Positions 49,861 through 62,911 of a stretch of 64,000 bases of DNA are shown piece by piece; positions within the stretch are counted from its first letter, which is position 1; the number at the start of each line of letters is the position of its first letter. Source of the DNA: Octopus sinensis (taxonomy: Eukaryota); the NCBI RefSeq assembly GCF_006345805.1, contig NC_043010.1, forward strand, positions 36,270,001 to 36,334,000, read 5' to 3'. Under the pieces are notes generated by a model. That model was not told the DNA's origin. It was given only the letters and a program-made list of their open reading frames with translations, and made no database searches. Made by a program: the position numbers and the translations under genes.

Positions 49861-51379
49861 GCATCTTGATATATAATGTGTTTAAGTTAAAATTGTGAAG
49901 TACAGTGTAGCATGATGCAATTAAAATTTATATTTGGTGGCCTATCAAATTTTCCTCAGGAATTTTGCTGACCACCTTCTGAAAAGCAGTTGTCCAATCA
50001 CTGTTCTTTCTAACTGGCAGAATCATTATTAGCATGCTGGACAAAGCACCCTTTTGGTTATCTTTATGCTCTGAGTTCAGATTCTGTTGAGATCAAATTT
50101 GCCTTTCATTTTTTGGGGGTTGGTATACAAGCCCCAAATTTTCAGACCAAAATTTATAGCCATACAGAAAGAAAAAAAAAAAAAGACAGGTCAACTTGTA
50201 TACTAAGATGATTTTGGAGGACCCAAAATTCCTTGTGGAATGTTGCAGGGTTTGGAAAGATAGTAATGGTCTTGGAATGTTTAGTTAATCAGATTGTTGA
50301 GTTAATCATGCACTATCACATTGCTCTGAGATTTCAATGATATGATTGTTCACTTTTAGGAGAACATTGTAGGGTAGGTGTGAAAGGCTTGGTCAGGCCA
50401 GTTGGAATAATAAAACTGGTAGAATATTTTAGCTGTATATGGCTGGTTTAAAAGCTAACTACATGTTTACAGTATATAATACTACATCGACTTGTGTACT
50501 GGAAAAATACTGTTTATTATTTGGTTCCACCGAAAGAGTTTTCAGTACTTTCCCTTGTGTTGTATGGAGATAGAAACATTACCAATTTCTGGCTGCGATG
50601 TTCTCTGGCAAATAGTGTAATACTGTTAAGTATTGTTGTGCTATTTACTATTTATGGGATAATGGTGAAACTTTTTTTCTCAAGCCTGTGTAAGGAAACT
50701 TGATTTTACTGTTACAAGTGCTGGCATGCATACACCCACACCGACCCACACACTATGAAACATCTGAACCTACTAATAAAATATACAGAATTTAGGAAGG
50801 AAAAAAAAGGTTACAGTAAAAAAGTCACCGACTTATGATTGATTTTAATATTTTACTTTGTTTCATTGTACTATTTAAGGTATTGAATAAAACATTTTTT
50901 TCTTTTACTTCATGTAAATGCCATTATAGAAATTGTATACAAGTTGTGTATTGTTGTCTGCTAAGTGAATTAAAATATTTACTTAATTATTTGAACCATC
51001 GTTTATAGTATTTAAATGAAATGTGACATTTTCTCCTGTGACTTCATTTCTGTTTACAAATATGCACACTGCTTTATGTATTGAGTGCTTCTTGTCCAGT
51101 TTGTAAACATGCGCTCTCATCAATTCACATGCATACACACACATGTATGTATATAGCTAAAATATGTGATAGCAAGCAAGTTTTATTCTGACAAAAATCA
51201 CTAAAACAAGTCCGTTTCCTTTTGCGAACTCACACAAATCTACTTTCTCCCCCTTTCTCACGCAGTTTCTTTTTCTTACATATACACTACAAACTCATTT
51301 GTATGCACACATTCTTCTTCTCTTTGATACACTCACGCACATACATACATATATATAATCACATACACGTACAAGGCAT

Positions 51380-52205
51380 AAACTGACATACATGTCTATT
51401 GCATAAACAATATCTATACTCTGTCATTCATACTCCTTCTCATGCATGGTTTCATACAATCCCGCTCTTTTCTTTCACATACACACACTCAGTTGGTCAG
51501 CTTTTCTTCAGAAAAGCTTGGGTTTTGCCTCTCTTTGTTTCCCTGCTTCCTCTCTTTCCCTCGCTTTCTATTCCAGTTTGTTTTTTTCTAAATAAATGTC
51601 TTTCTTTCTCACAACGAATTCTCACAACTTCTCTTTCCCCTCTCACCCACCTCACTTTATCTTTCTATTCCCTCAATCTACTCTCCCTCTCCTCTTCTTT
51701 TTCAGTCTATTCTCTCTCCACTCTTCTCTCTTGACCTACTCATCCTCTTACTCTTACCTCTCTTATATTTCTCTGCCTTCTCTCCCTCTACTCTTCTCTC
51801 CATATCCTTTTTATTCCATTTACCTGAGTCTCATTTTTTTTTTTTTTAACCTTGTTATCACTACTTCTGGCTCCATTCTCTTGCTGTTGCTGTCTTTACT
51901 ATATTTTCTTTCTCACTCACTTTGTCATCTATTTCTCCCCTCTTCTCATCTCTCTATCCTCCTCTATTGTCCTATAATTTGTTTTACACAGAGGACTTTG
52001 TAAACTATGTTCACTCTCTTTCCTGTTTTACTCCACCACTTTCAATGTTTTATATTCTTATTTAATATCATATCAACCCCTACATCCTCTCTTTGTTCTT
52101 GCAATCCCTTTGTTTTTGCATATTTCCTCCTCATTCACTAACTTTCCACCCCTCCCACCTCACTCCATCCTATTTGTTTTCCAATCTTCCCAACTATACA
52201 TCTCA
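51380..52205. repeat. ~800 bp pyrimidine-rich low-complexity tract
   Basis: C/T-dominated plus strand with almost no G; similar tracts at 4870-5300, 37800-38270 and 63240-63600. Confidence 0.85.
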
Positions 52206-52840
52206 CCTTTCCATATTTTTATGGTATATATGACAAAAAAAAAAAAAAGTATCATTTCCATTTAGTAATATTGCATCCAAGCATTGCATAAGCCTGCATT
52301 TTTTTGAGGAAGGGGTAGGTTGTACAATACTTGACTGATAGTTATTTTATTAGCCCCAGGAAGATGAAAGGCAAAAAAAAATTAATAAGGAATTTGAACT
52401 GAATATACGAAGGGACATAACGAAATATTGTGGAGCATTTTTGTCTGACACGCAAATGCTTCTGCTATCCATTTATGGATGACAGCAGCATTGTTATATT
52501 CTTCACCACTTATGGGAGTAATACGTGTGTGTTACACTTACCTATCCACACATACACTTCAATCTTTGCTTTTCTGATCAACTACTGTCTACAAACTAAT
52601 GGGAAAGGCCTCCATATGGTCATTTGATCTGCTACATATAACAGCTGAATTTCCCTGTTGTCCTGATGTGCTATTCCATGGATGAAATGCCTTCAGTTAT
52701 AGCCAAGCTGGGACTAGGCAACAACTAAAGCAGCCACATTCCATGAGCAAATAGTGGAGCATCCATGTGGTCGCTTGATCTATAATATTTAGCAATCATA
52801 TCGTACCCTGTTGTTTTTAAAATAAAAGATGGCATTTGAC

Positions 52841-53082
52841 CAATGGTTCTCAACTGGGATCCATATAAGATTTTGTTACAATTTATATGCAATAAATTAG
52901 TTATACTGCTACAATATATTTTAATTTTCTTATACAGTTCCTAATATTTAATTATAAATATATGGTAATTTTTATATATATATATATTATATATATATAT
53001 GCAGCAAATGGCTATTGCGGTCCAGTTGAATAAAATAGGGATCAAAGGGGTTCGTAAGCCAAAAAATGGTTGATAGCCATTG
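52841..53082. mobile_element. hAT/Charlie-type MITE
   Basis: caatggttctcaac ... gttgatagccattg inverted termini; imperfect 8-bp flanks catttgac and ctttagac. Confidence 0.6.
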
Positions 53083-53699
53083 CTTTAGACAATGCAGTCA
53101 TAGATATACAGAAAGATAGGGTGGTCACAACAGTAAAATCAAAAGTGCCTTTGGTCATAGATCTTCTTGCCACTATTTCGTGTTTGGCTTATTGTACACC
53201 CTCCTTCCTGTCACGTCTTGTAACGTCTTTGTTCTTTTCTGAAGCATTGTATTGTTTTCTGTTCCAGTGTAATGTTTCATACCTCTATGACTTGCTATGT
53301 CATCATTACATTATATAAAAAAAAGATCCTCAAAAATCACATTTGAGGATCATTTGCCCTACCTTACACATTCAAAGGAAAAATTTTCTCTGCCTTGGTT
53401 ATTCGAGGAATATGAAAAAGGGAAATTCAAAGACACACTCTCCACACTGATGATGTATCATTGCTGATAAAAAAAAAAAAAAAAAAAAAAAGAGTATTGC
53501 TGTTGTTGTTTAACAAGGCCAGACCTGTATCAGCTCTATTGAAGCAGATTGCTTGGATTGATCTGAGGCTAAATATCAGTAACAACTGCTTTAGCTTTGT
53601 TAAAATAACATGACTATCACACAGTCTTCACTTTTTTTTTTCTCCCTTAAATTCATGGCCTTAAACACAATTTGTTTATATTACTCTATGAAGCTGGCT

Positions 53700-54190
53700 G
53701 GTTAGGACTAACTAAAGCCAATTTTTATGAATTGTGACCTTCAGGCAGCTGGAATGTTCCCAAGAGGAACCTACTTCACATGGCAACAATATTTGTGATC
53801 TCTGGTTAACAGATCTCAATGGTTGCTTCAGGATTTGTAACTTTTAAGTTGAGCAAAGCCAATACTTCCAACTTCCATGACCTATTTTAGTATTAAGTTG
53901 CCCTATGAATATATATTGTCCCATAGTCCCTGGTCTCTGAAATTCCAAACAAATTTTAATGTAGATATGGAACTTTGCCTCTTTCTTGACATAACTGTGT
54001 AGAGATGTAGAAGGAAGTTATTCTTGAAAGTCCTTATGATTAGATACATCTAGTTAGTCTTTGCAGTTAGGTGCTGTTACCTTCTTTCAATACTGCTCAG
54101 GGGTGTTATGGTTTCTTAGTATACTATCGTACAGAGACAGGATCTCTTGATCTGATGGGCAGATGGCTTTTGACAGCTACAGGTTGATTA
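53700..54190 (-). pseudogene. Decayed RTE-like RT remnant (N-terminal motifs)
   Basis: One frame with stops: ILSLYDSILRNHNTPEQY*KKVTAPNCKD*LDVSNHK...LEFQRPGTMGQYIFIGQL (cf. L..F.N..L....P.QWK..I.PI.K..D...NYR; Q.GFRPGRST..QIF.LRQ). Confidence 0.5.
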
Positions 54191-54646
54191 GTGGAGTGGT
54201 AATTGTGTGGCAGGTGTTTGTAGTTGTAGTATTTGTTTTGGGTTACTATGTTATCCATACAAGTATAAAATGTTATGTGAACTGAAGAGCTTATGGTATT
54301 TGTGTGTGGGTGAGAGATGATGGCTTATTAGAATTTGGAAATTCCTAGCTTTGTTTATGGTGACCTAGGTCATGTGATGCATCAGACCAAACTAACTTTC
54401 CTTTTCCTGGTTATAACCGGCTGAATGGTGGTTGGGCGTCTTATGCATATAAATGAGTTTTTCACTGAATAAGTAGACAAGTCTGATCTGTTTTTAGACA
54501 AGGATATTTTCGATAGAGCAGACTTCTGTTGTAATTATGCATGCATGTATGTTTCCAGACCAAACCACATGTTGTTGAATAATCATTTGTCCTGGTAATT
54601 GTATGTGTGTGTGTGTGCATGCACACGTACACACACACACATGGGG

Positions 54647-54701
<55 letters not shown>

Positions 54702-56084
54702 CTTTGCATTTTTGGTAACTGCTGCACACTAACTTAGGTGTGTAGTGGAGGTAGAGGAGCAAGGTGAGCAAGTGGAGTTAGGTGTGCGTACATGAGAATA
54801 AATGTCACACACTGTTTAAAGTTAGGGAGAGATAATGGAAGTATAACTGTTTCGCTGTAATATTGTTCCTATTGACACACATCCTATAACTGTGTCTTTG
54901 TGTATGTGCATACATCTGTAAATATATCACACGACATACATTATAACGTATAAAAAACAAACAACAAAAACAAAACTCATTCATTCAGACCTTTCCCCCA
55001 CTTAGCTGTAACTTTAACCGCCCCTTCCTCTGTTACCATGCTTCACTCATATTATATACACACTATAAATCCAGACACACATACTCTTTGTCTTAACTTT
55101 GTTCCTGTATCTCTCTCTCTCTCTCTTTCTGTTTCTCTCTCTCTCTCCACACATTTCTCTTGCTCTGTTTTTCTCCGAGATGCACATTTTCCACTTACGC
55201 CTGCTCTTATGCGCTCAGAGACTGTTTACCTCACACACACACACCATCTATCTCGCACTGTGCCAGCCAACTACATATATTAACGGTAATGTACACACCG
55301 CTCCTGTCCCACGCTATCTCCCCACCGCTTACTCCCCACCCATATGCAAATAATGTTTATCTTAAATAAAAGAAGGATGATACCTTGGAGAACACAGTTC
55401 CTGGTACATGAAAAGGTGGGATGGCCATGGCTAGAATGTGTTTGATCCATAAACACATTCAATCAGAGCTGACCCAAGTCTAAACAACAACTGTTTGTCT
55501 TACCTCACTTGCACACACAAATTCTTTCTCTCTTCCTCTCTTATCCTCTCTCCCTTTCATTCTCTCTCTGAAGAGCTTATGCTTGTATTTGATGTGTAAA
55601 TATTTTTTGTAATCTTAAATATTTTCATATTCTCAGGTACAAAAAAACAAAAAAAAACCCCAAAAAGAACCCTACTTTCTCTAGGGATGGCAATTAAGCA
55701 ACAGTTACATCTTAAAGGATGGCTGGGTGGGTGGGTGTGTGGCTGGCTGGCTGGAACATTTTTCTATTTTCAGTGCTTGAATGTTTGGATAATGTGGCCA
55801 CTGTCTTTTATTGAAGTTCATGGCTAATGAGCAATTATATCTTAAACGGTGGAAGAGAGACTTCACTGTTTTCAGTATTTGAAAGTTGGAGAACATGGCC
55901 ACTGTTATGGTGTACTTAGTGCATAAAGACAACACTCATTAAACAGTCTCTTCTGGCTATAGTGTGGCAAGTGTTGAACTTGAGCCAACTAAAACACTCA
56001 TTAACTGAACAAATGAAAGGGCCCCCTACGTTTTTGCTAAATCTACTAAACCAAATCTCTTTCCACTCTCTTTTACTTATTTCC

Positions 56085-56296
56085 AAATCTCTTTTACTTA
56101 TTTCAGTCATTTGACTGCGGCCATGCTGGAGCACCACCTTAAGTCAAATAAATCAACCCCAGGACTTATTCTTTGTAAGCCTAGTACTTATTCTATCGGA
56201 CTCTTCAAACTGAACCACTAAGTGACGGGGGTGTATACACACACCAACATCGGTTGTCAAGTGATGGTGGGGACAAACACTGACACAAACAACAAG

Positions 56297-56339
<43 letters not shown>

Positions 56340-56512
56340 ATATATATTCGATGGGTTTCTTTCAGTTTCCATCTACCAAATCCACTCAGAAGGCTTTGGT
56401 TGGCCCGAGGCTATAGTAGAAGACACATGCCCAAGGTACCATGCAGTAGGACTGAAGCCAGAACCACGTGTTTGGGAAGCAAGCTTAATACCAAACACCC
56501 ACTCCTGTGCCT
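56085..56512 (-). mobile_element. SINE family A
   Basis: Full-length reverse-complement copy. Confidence 0.9.
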
Positions 56513-56559
56513 AATACTTCCAAATACTTTTTTTAAAACAATGTCATGGTGGGGAATGA

Positions 56560-56930
56560 AAGTTATATCAGTTAGTGTGGGACCAGAACATAAAAGGGGA
56601 TTGATAGTTGCTGTAAAACTCCTTTGATGATAGATTTACTTGATCTACTCGACCTAGGGCTGAACACAAACTCAACAGTTTTGTTGTGGATGTCATTTAC
56701 TTAAGGACTGTAAGGGAGCTGTTAGATGCTGTAACTTATTTATAGTTAAGTGGACTAGATTGTTGGGAGCTAATTGTCTTGGCTGTGGACATGATGAAGG
56801 GGTTATGAGCATCCGAAGTAGTGGCTTGTTGGGTAGCATTTTAGTGACACAACCCTCTGTAATTTAATCATATTAAGTATTGGGACATGGGTGGAATAGT
56901 GCTTACAAACACTGCACCTTTCTGTTTGGG
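56560..56930 (-). pseudogene. Possible RTE-like RT remnant
   Basis: NYRG and FSPRSSRS..SIIKGV (cf. NYRGI; FRPGRST...RRIIEGV) in different frames. Confidence 0.3.
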
Positions 56931-57342
56931 TTCACACTGATACGGCTTCCCCTTATTTTTTATCATCAATTTGTTTGAAAAAATAAGTAAAGATTTAGAT
57001 GTAGCAATGCAAGTAAAGAAACCATATGACAATTGTACAGTGTTAACTAACCACCACCAAAATTAGTGGTTTTCACCTGTTCATAGTAAGATGGATTAGG
57101 CTATTGTCTCCCCACCCCCCCCATCCCATAGCATGGGGATTGGGGGAGGGACGAGAAAGAGATTAGATTGATAAATGCACGTGTTTTGTAATGCATGTTA
57201 AAACAAAGCTGAAGATTTGCTAGCTGTAATGGTGCTTCTAAAATTGTACGCAAGTTGTACTGCAGTTATTGTATTTCGACTGTATAATATTCCATGTAAT
57301 TAATAATAATGAATAAATAGCCTTGCGTGCGTGTGTGTCTGA

Positions 57343-57415
<73 letters not shown>

Positions 57416-57583
57416 AGAATGAGTGAGAGAGAGAGTGAGTGAGTGAGAGAGAGAGAGAAATTGTGTTTGGACTTGTACAGGCAGACAGACAATATTGGGC
57501 AAGAATGGGAAATTGACTGGCATGTATATTTAGATGTAGTTAGGGCTGTCTCTAGCTGCTTCTCTTCTTTTCCCCTCTCCAAT

Positions 57584-57788
57584 GTTCATATATATATATA
57601 TATGTGTGTGTGTGTATATATATATATGTGTGTGTGTGTATATATATATATATGTGGTGTGTGTGTGTGTTATATATATATATAGTGTGGTATGTATATA
57701 TATATATAGTGTGTGTGTATGGATATATTATATATATATGTGTGTATGTATATATATATATATATATTGTGTATATATAATATATATC

Positions 57789-57852
<64 letters not shown>
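57584..57852. repeat. Complex (TA)n/(TG)n microsatellite
   Basis: Alternating TA and TG blocks ending in a long pure (TA)n run. Confidence 0.97.
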
Positions 57853-57856
<4 letters not shown>

Positions 57857-58267
57857 ATAAAATCACGATATATATATAACTCTTAACAAATCCAACCAGT
57901 TGGGTGGGTGTGTACCTCTCCCATCACAGAGAAAGAGAGAGAGCATTCTTTTTATTTTGGCCATCAGCTTCCAGGCAACTTTCTGGGTAGTTTTTGTTGT
58001 CAGTCTGCCAAGTTCTATGTTGGGTGTTGAAAATCTGGCCCTCCCACTTTGCCTCTTTCACTGTTGTTGTTGTGTGTTCTGATAAAAATGCTAAAGAGAC
58101 TTCTGGACCACCTTGTGTATGTGTCTGTGTGAATTATTTAGTGCAAAGTTACCTTGGTTCAAGGTCCAAGAGTTTCCTGCTAACTGCAGTACATAAAACA
58201 TTTCAGGCCTTGAGTTTACTCATGCAACTTTACAGTTAAATAACATGCATGTGGTTGCATGCATGCA

Positions 58268-58307
<40 letters not shown>

Positions 58308-59320
58308 AATATTGAGTTCCATTAACTCCTGTTTGTTCCACCCAGTAATGAAGAATGTAACTTAAAGTTTCACCCTCTCTGTACACTGTCATCATTGAAC
58401 TAATAAAATGTAAAGAACTGCTTTACACTGCTCCGGAAGAATTTATACTCATCCATATCACTCATCCATATCACTCAGGTTGATTCCACCCATTCTTGAA
58501 GATATGCAAGGCACTATCCAGTAGGGATTTCATCAGTTATGTCATTTCCCTCATCCCTTACTTCATACTACAAAACATGTCAACAGCATCCTACTGTCAT
58601 TGGGAAGATGAGTTGAGAAGGGTCTTGAAATATCGATGGGTTTAGGAAAATTATTGTTCCTAACTTGTAAGGAGATATGGAAAAATCTTCAATGAAATGG
58701 TTCAAGTTGAATACAGTTGTGTTTTCAGTACTGTGTGTGTGTGTTGTTTGATGCTAATACATAGATGAACTCATATATGAACAGCAAGGATAATCTCCAC
58801 TAACATTCTGGTGCCTGCTGTTGCCTTTGTTTCTGAAGGAAGAAGTAAAGGTAAAGGTATTGAAGGTTAAGCTCTGGTGGTGGCGGTGGTGGGGATCTCC
58901 CTCACTTATGTATTTCACTATCTCCCACCACAAGCTCCCTCTCTCACACTGTCTTGTGTATCTGCTGCTGCCCCTCCTCCTCGTCCTCCTCCTCACACTT
59001 TGGGTTAACTCTTCTCGCACACCCCCTCTCACTGTCCCTCACATGGCTGCCAATAAATGCAATAACTGTTATAAAATTTGCCTTTTACGCTTTTTTTTTA
59101 TATCCTAACTGTTGAATCTAATTTGTGTGGGGTGGTGAGTGGAAGGCATGATGAAGGTGGTAGTGGGAGGGAGATGATATTTAAAGGCCTTTGCTAAGTA
59201 TGAGGGTTGTGAGAGTAGTATTGTAAGAGAAGGCCTACAAGTGTGTGTGGTACAGTGACAGTATTGTGTGCTGAGAAAGGACATGTGGCCTTCTATGTTG
59301 TTGTTATTTAAATCCAAGTC

Positions 59321-59485
59321 AACCTTGATCTAAGATGTTCCAGACATGATAATCTCTCCCTTTTTAAAAAAAAATTATTTACAACTCTAACTACATTGTC
59401 TTGTGCCCACTTTTTTTTTTGTTGAAGTAGTAAGTGTGATCTGAGAAAATTTGGATGCTATCTTAGGCGCTTTGTGTGTGTGTGT

Positions 59486-59518
<33 letters not shown>

Positions 59519-59695
59519 TTGAACCTTGATCTAAGATGTTCCAGACATGATAATCTCTCCCTTTTTAAAAAAAATTATTTACAACTCTAACTACATTGTC
59601 TTGTGCCCACTTTTTTTTTCTGTTGAAGTAGTAGAGTGTGATCTGAGAAAATTTGGATGCTATCTTAGGCGCTTTGTGTGTGTGTGTGTGTAGTT
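59321..59695. repeat. 201-bp near-identical tandem duplication ending in (TG)n
   Basis: aaccttgatctaagatgttcc at 59321 and 59522. Confidence 0.92.
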
Positions 59696-61149
59696 GTTGT
59701 TTAGCCCTAGTTCAAATCCTGTTGGGCATATTTGAACACAACCATAAAATTTGATTAAATGATCTCTGCTCTTACCTAAAATTTATGGCCAATCTACAGG
59801 TACTCATTTGAAAGCATCCTGCTTATATATTGTTCAGTGGCCAAGTATTACTGACTCATTTACTTGCATAAACTGAACAGGGATTATTACATGTAAGATG
59901 GATTTAGCCATCGGCTGAGCCTGTCATTGAAAAGTTGCCCTGCTACTTTCCTTTGGCTTAAAAGAATTTGGTGCCCCCATATATATGTAAACCAAAGCAT
60001 AAACAATAATAAACCATAAAATGCATTTTTATCTTTCAAAATGAAAGCTAAACTAACAGTAAGGTGGAAAATAACATCTATTTTTGCATACTTCCACTTC
60101 ATTTATAATTGAAAAGTTTTCTACTTTTTTTTAATTGCAAAGCTTTTGATCAAATCCTTACTATGATACCATGAACACTTTGAAATCCTGTATTATTCCT
60201 ATTTTTTAAATTTAAAGGTGATAAATTGAGGTAGATTTAATTGCTTCACTTGAATATGTAGAAGATTGTTCACTGGATTTTTCATAATTTTTTCTCCTAC
60301 AAAAAAAAAAGTTTGAGTAACCTATCACTGTAGTCAAGCAACTGCGTAGACACTTATCCATTTGTTCCTTTGACTTCCTCTCACCTCCTGCCTCCCCATT
60401 CTAAAGGTGCTGGTTGGAGTTGCGACGAAATTAAACTGCTGTATTGAGTATATAGAACAGACTGAGACAACCGACTAGGAAAGATTCCTTTCTCTCACTG
60501 CTTCTGATGATATTACGGGTGTTGTTGTGAGATTTAGTATTTCTGTATAATATAGTTTTTCATTGAACTCATTTGTGCAGTTCTTGCAAATGTAGAGTTG
60601 TGTGTGTGTGTTTTGAGTTTGTTTTAGCCATCACAACCAATGACATGTTGGAGCGTCACCTTTTTGTGTGCGTGTATGTGCATGTGGAAGACAAATCAAT
60701 CTTGGAACTGTACCAGATATTCTTCATTGAAATCAATTAATTGTATAAAAAACATCTGTGATGTTCCTTTCTCAAGCTTAGAATAGAGAGACTAGTGTAT
60801 GTGATGTCTGTGATTATATATGCATAGAGAGAGAGAGAGAGAGAGAGTGAGACACACACACACACACACACACTATATTTACTTATGTATTATAATGGAA
60901 GATTTAATACAAAATATCAGGGCCAGGATTAGAAGTGGATGTTGCTGTATATTTGAGTGTAAAAAACATGAACAAAGGAGAGAGAGGAGAGAGAGTACAT
61001 TGCTGATTTTATTAGGTACAGTTATTGTGGGTAGCATTATTATATTCAAGTAAATACTGCATCGTCATCATTTTAATGTCCACTTTTCCATGCTTGCATG
61101 GGTCAAACAGAATTTATTGACAAAGATTTTCTATGGCTGGATGAACAAG

Positions 61150-61425
61150 GGTTCAAGTGGAATGGCCTACTTGTGAAATTAATGTGCTAGTGGGTGAGCT
61201 CTCCACAGATATGCTTACCCTCAACATACTGCTCAAGGAGATTCAGCATGACACAGAGTGTGACAAAGCTGGCCCTTTGGAATACAGCTACATTTTTGCC
61301 AGCTGAGTGAACTGGAGGAATGTGAAATAAAGTGCCTTGCTCAAGGTCACATGTTGCTAGGAATTGAACACACAACCTTGCGATCCTGAGCCTAATACAC
61401 TAACCATTAAACCATGCACCTTCAC
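61150..61425 (-). mobile_element. tRNA/CORE SINE family C
   Basis: Reverse complement of ...gtgaaggtgcatggtttaatggttagtgtattagg...gagcaaggcactttatttcacattcctccagttcactcagctggc. Confidence 0.65.
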
Positions 61426-61469
61426 TCATCTCTCTCTCTCTCTCTCTCTCATCAACCAATAGACTGTGA

Positions 61470-61830
61470 ACATGATGGGACACCACCTTGAAGACTTTTA
61501 GTCAAATGAATTGACCCCAGTCCTTATTTTTGTATCCTGGTACTTAGTCTATCACACTGTTTTGTCGAACTACTAAGTTATGAGGATGTAAACACACCAA
61601 CACTGGTTGACAAGAAGTGGTGGGCTACAAACACAGACACACATGCACATATCCATCTGTCCACACAATGGACTTCTTTCAGTTTCCGTCTATCAGATTC
61701 ACTCACAAGGCTTTTTGGTTCGCTCGAGGCTGTAGTAGAAGGCTGTTGCCCAAGGTGCCACACAGTGAGACGGAACCTGGAACCATGTGGTTGGGATGCA
61801 AACTTATGGTCACACTGTCATGTCTGCACA
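61470..61830 (-). mobile_element. SINE family A
   Basis: Full block order present. Confidence 0.85.
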
Positions 61831-62858
61831 TGCTCTTCTTGTTTCAAACTCTTTCCAATGAAGGCTGGATGAATTGTATTGTGCCACCAGCACTAAAGAG
61901 GTTGACAAGATTAGAACACCCCCCCCCCCCCAAAAAAAAAAGTATACTTTATCTCCTGTCATATTTTATATACCACCTTTGTTCCCCTGACTCTCTCGCT
62001 AACTCTTTTCTATCTACACACACACACACACAGTCTCTCTCTTCCCCCTCTCTCTCACATAGACATCTAGTGATTTGGTGACATGAAGTGTGTACATGCA
62101 TTTGTATTGTCTGTGATTTTGTTAATCTGCAGTGTAGTTTCTGAAAAATAGAAGTAGAGAGAAAGGCAGCAGGTATTGTTTTGTGTAATAGCAATGAAAC
62201 TTGTCTTCTCACACATATGCATACGTACTGTTATACACTGAACGGCTCAAACACACTTTCTCCACCTCACACACACTCTCTCTCTCTTTCCTTCTCCTTC
62301 TCTGTCTCCTTCTTCTCCCCTCTCTCTCTCTCTCTCTCTCAGACGAAGCAGTCCTTGTAAAATCTGAGCAATGCAAAGGCAGTCACTGAGGTGAGGGTGA
62401 GGATGGAGTGGTTAACTTATTCAGAACTTGTCATACTTTGTGATGATTGTGTTGACAGAATAATAATAATGATGATGATGATGATGATAGATGGTAATGG
62501 TGATGGTAGTGATGGGGGACGATTTGTTTTTGCTGAGCAGTTTAGAATGAATAGTTGCAGCTGCTGAGGTGTGTCTGTGGAGGTGGTCATTAAGGAACGA
62601 ATGCTGCTATTCTTCGCAAAGATATATATGCATTATTACCATAGCCTATAATTTCTTTTCTCAACTGGCCCTTAACTTTAAGCCCCCTAATTATTGTTGC
62701 TGCTAGCCACAGGGCTGGTCTTGACCAAGCCTGCTTTATGGTCAAAGGTGTTCCAGCTATGACCCTCCGTCTTATTTTTAGAGATAGTATGGTGTGATTT
62801 GTGAGAGAATTGGCTGCTATTTCTAACAGCTTGAGCAGCCACACAATGGTTCCTCCCT

Positions 62859-62910
<52 letters not shown>

Positions 62911-62911
<1 letters not shown>

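Noticed and set aside
53890-54175. Two phase-compatible minus-strand exons (LSKAICPSDQEILSLYDSIL... / YVKKEAKFHIYIK...)
   Set aside because: The supposed intron reads in the same frame and contains RT-like residues, indicating a continuous decayed ORF.
57552-57866. Ile/Tyr-repeat ORFs
   Set aside because: Translations of a (TA)n/(TG)n microsatellite.
60385-60438. 54-nt minus-strand exon QFNFVATPTSTFRMGRQE
   Set aside because: Read-through (GRQEVRGSQRNKWI) resembles the RTE C-terminal GR..RGR...W motif.
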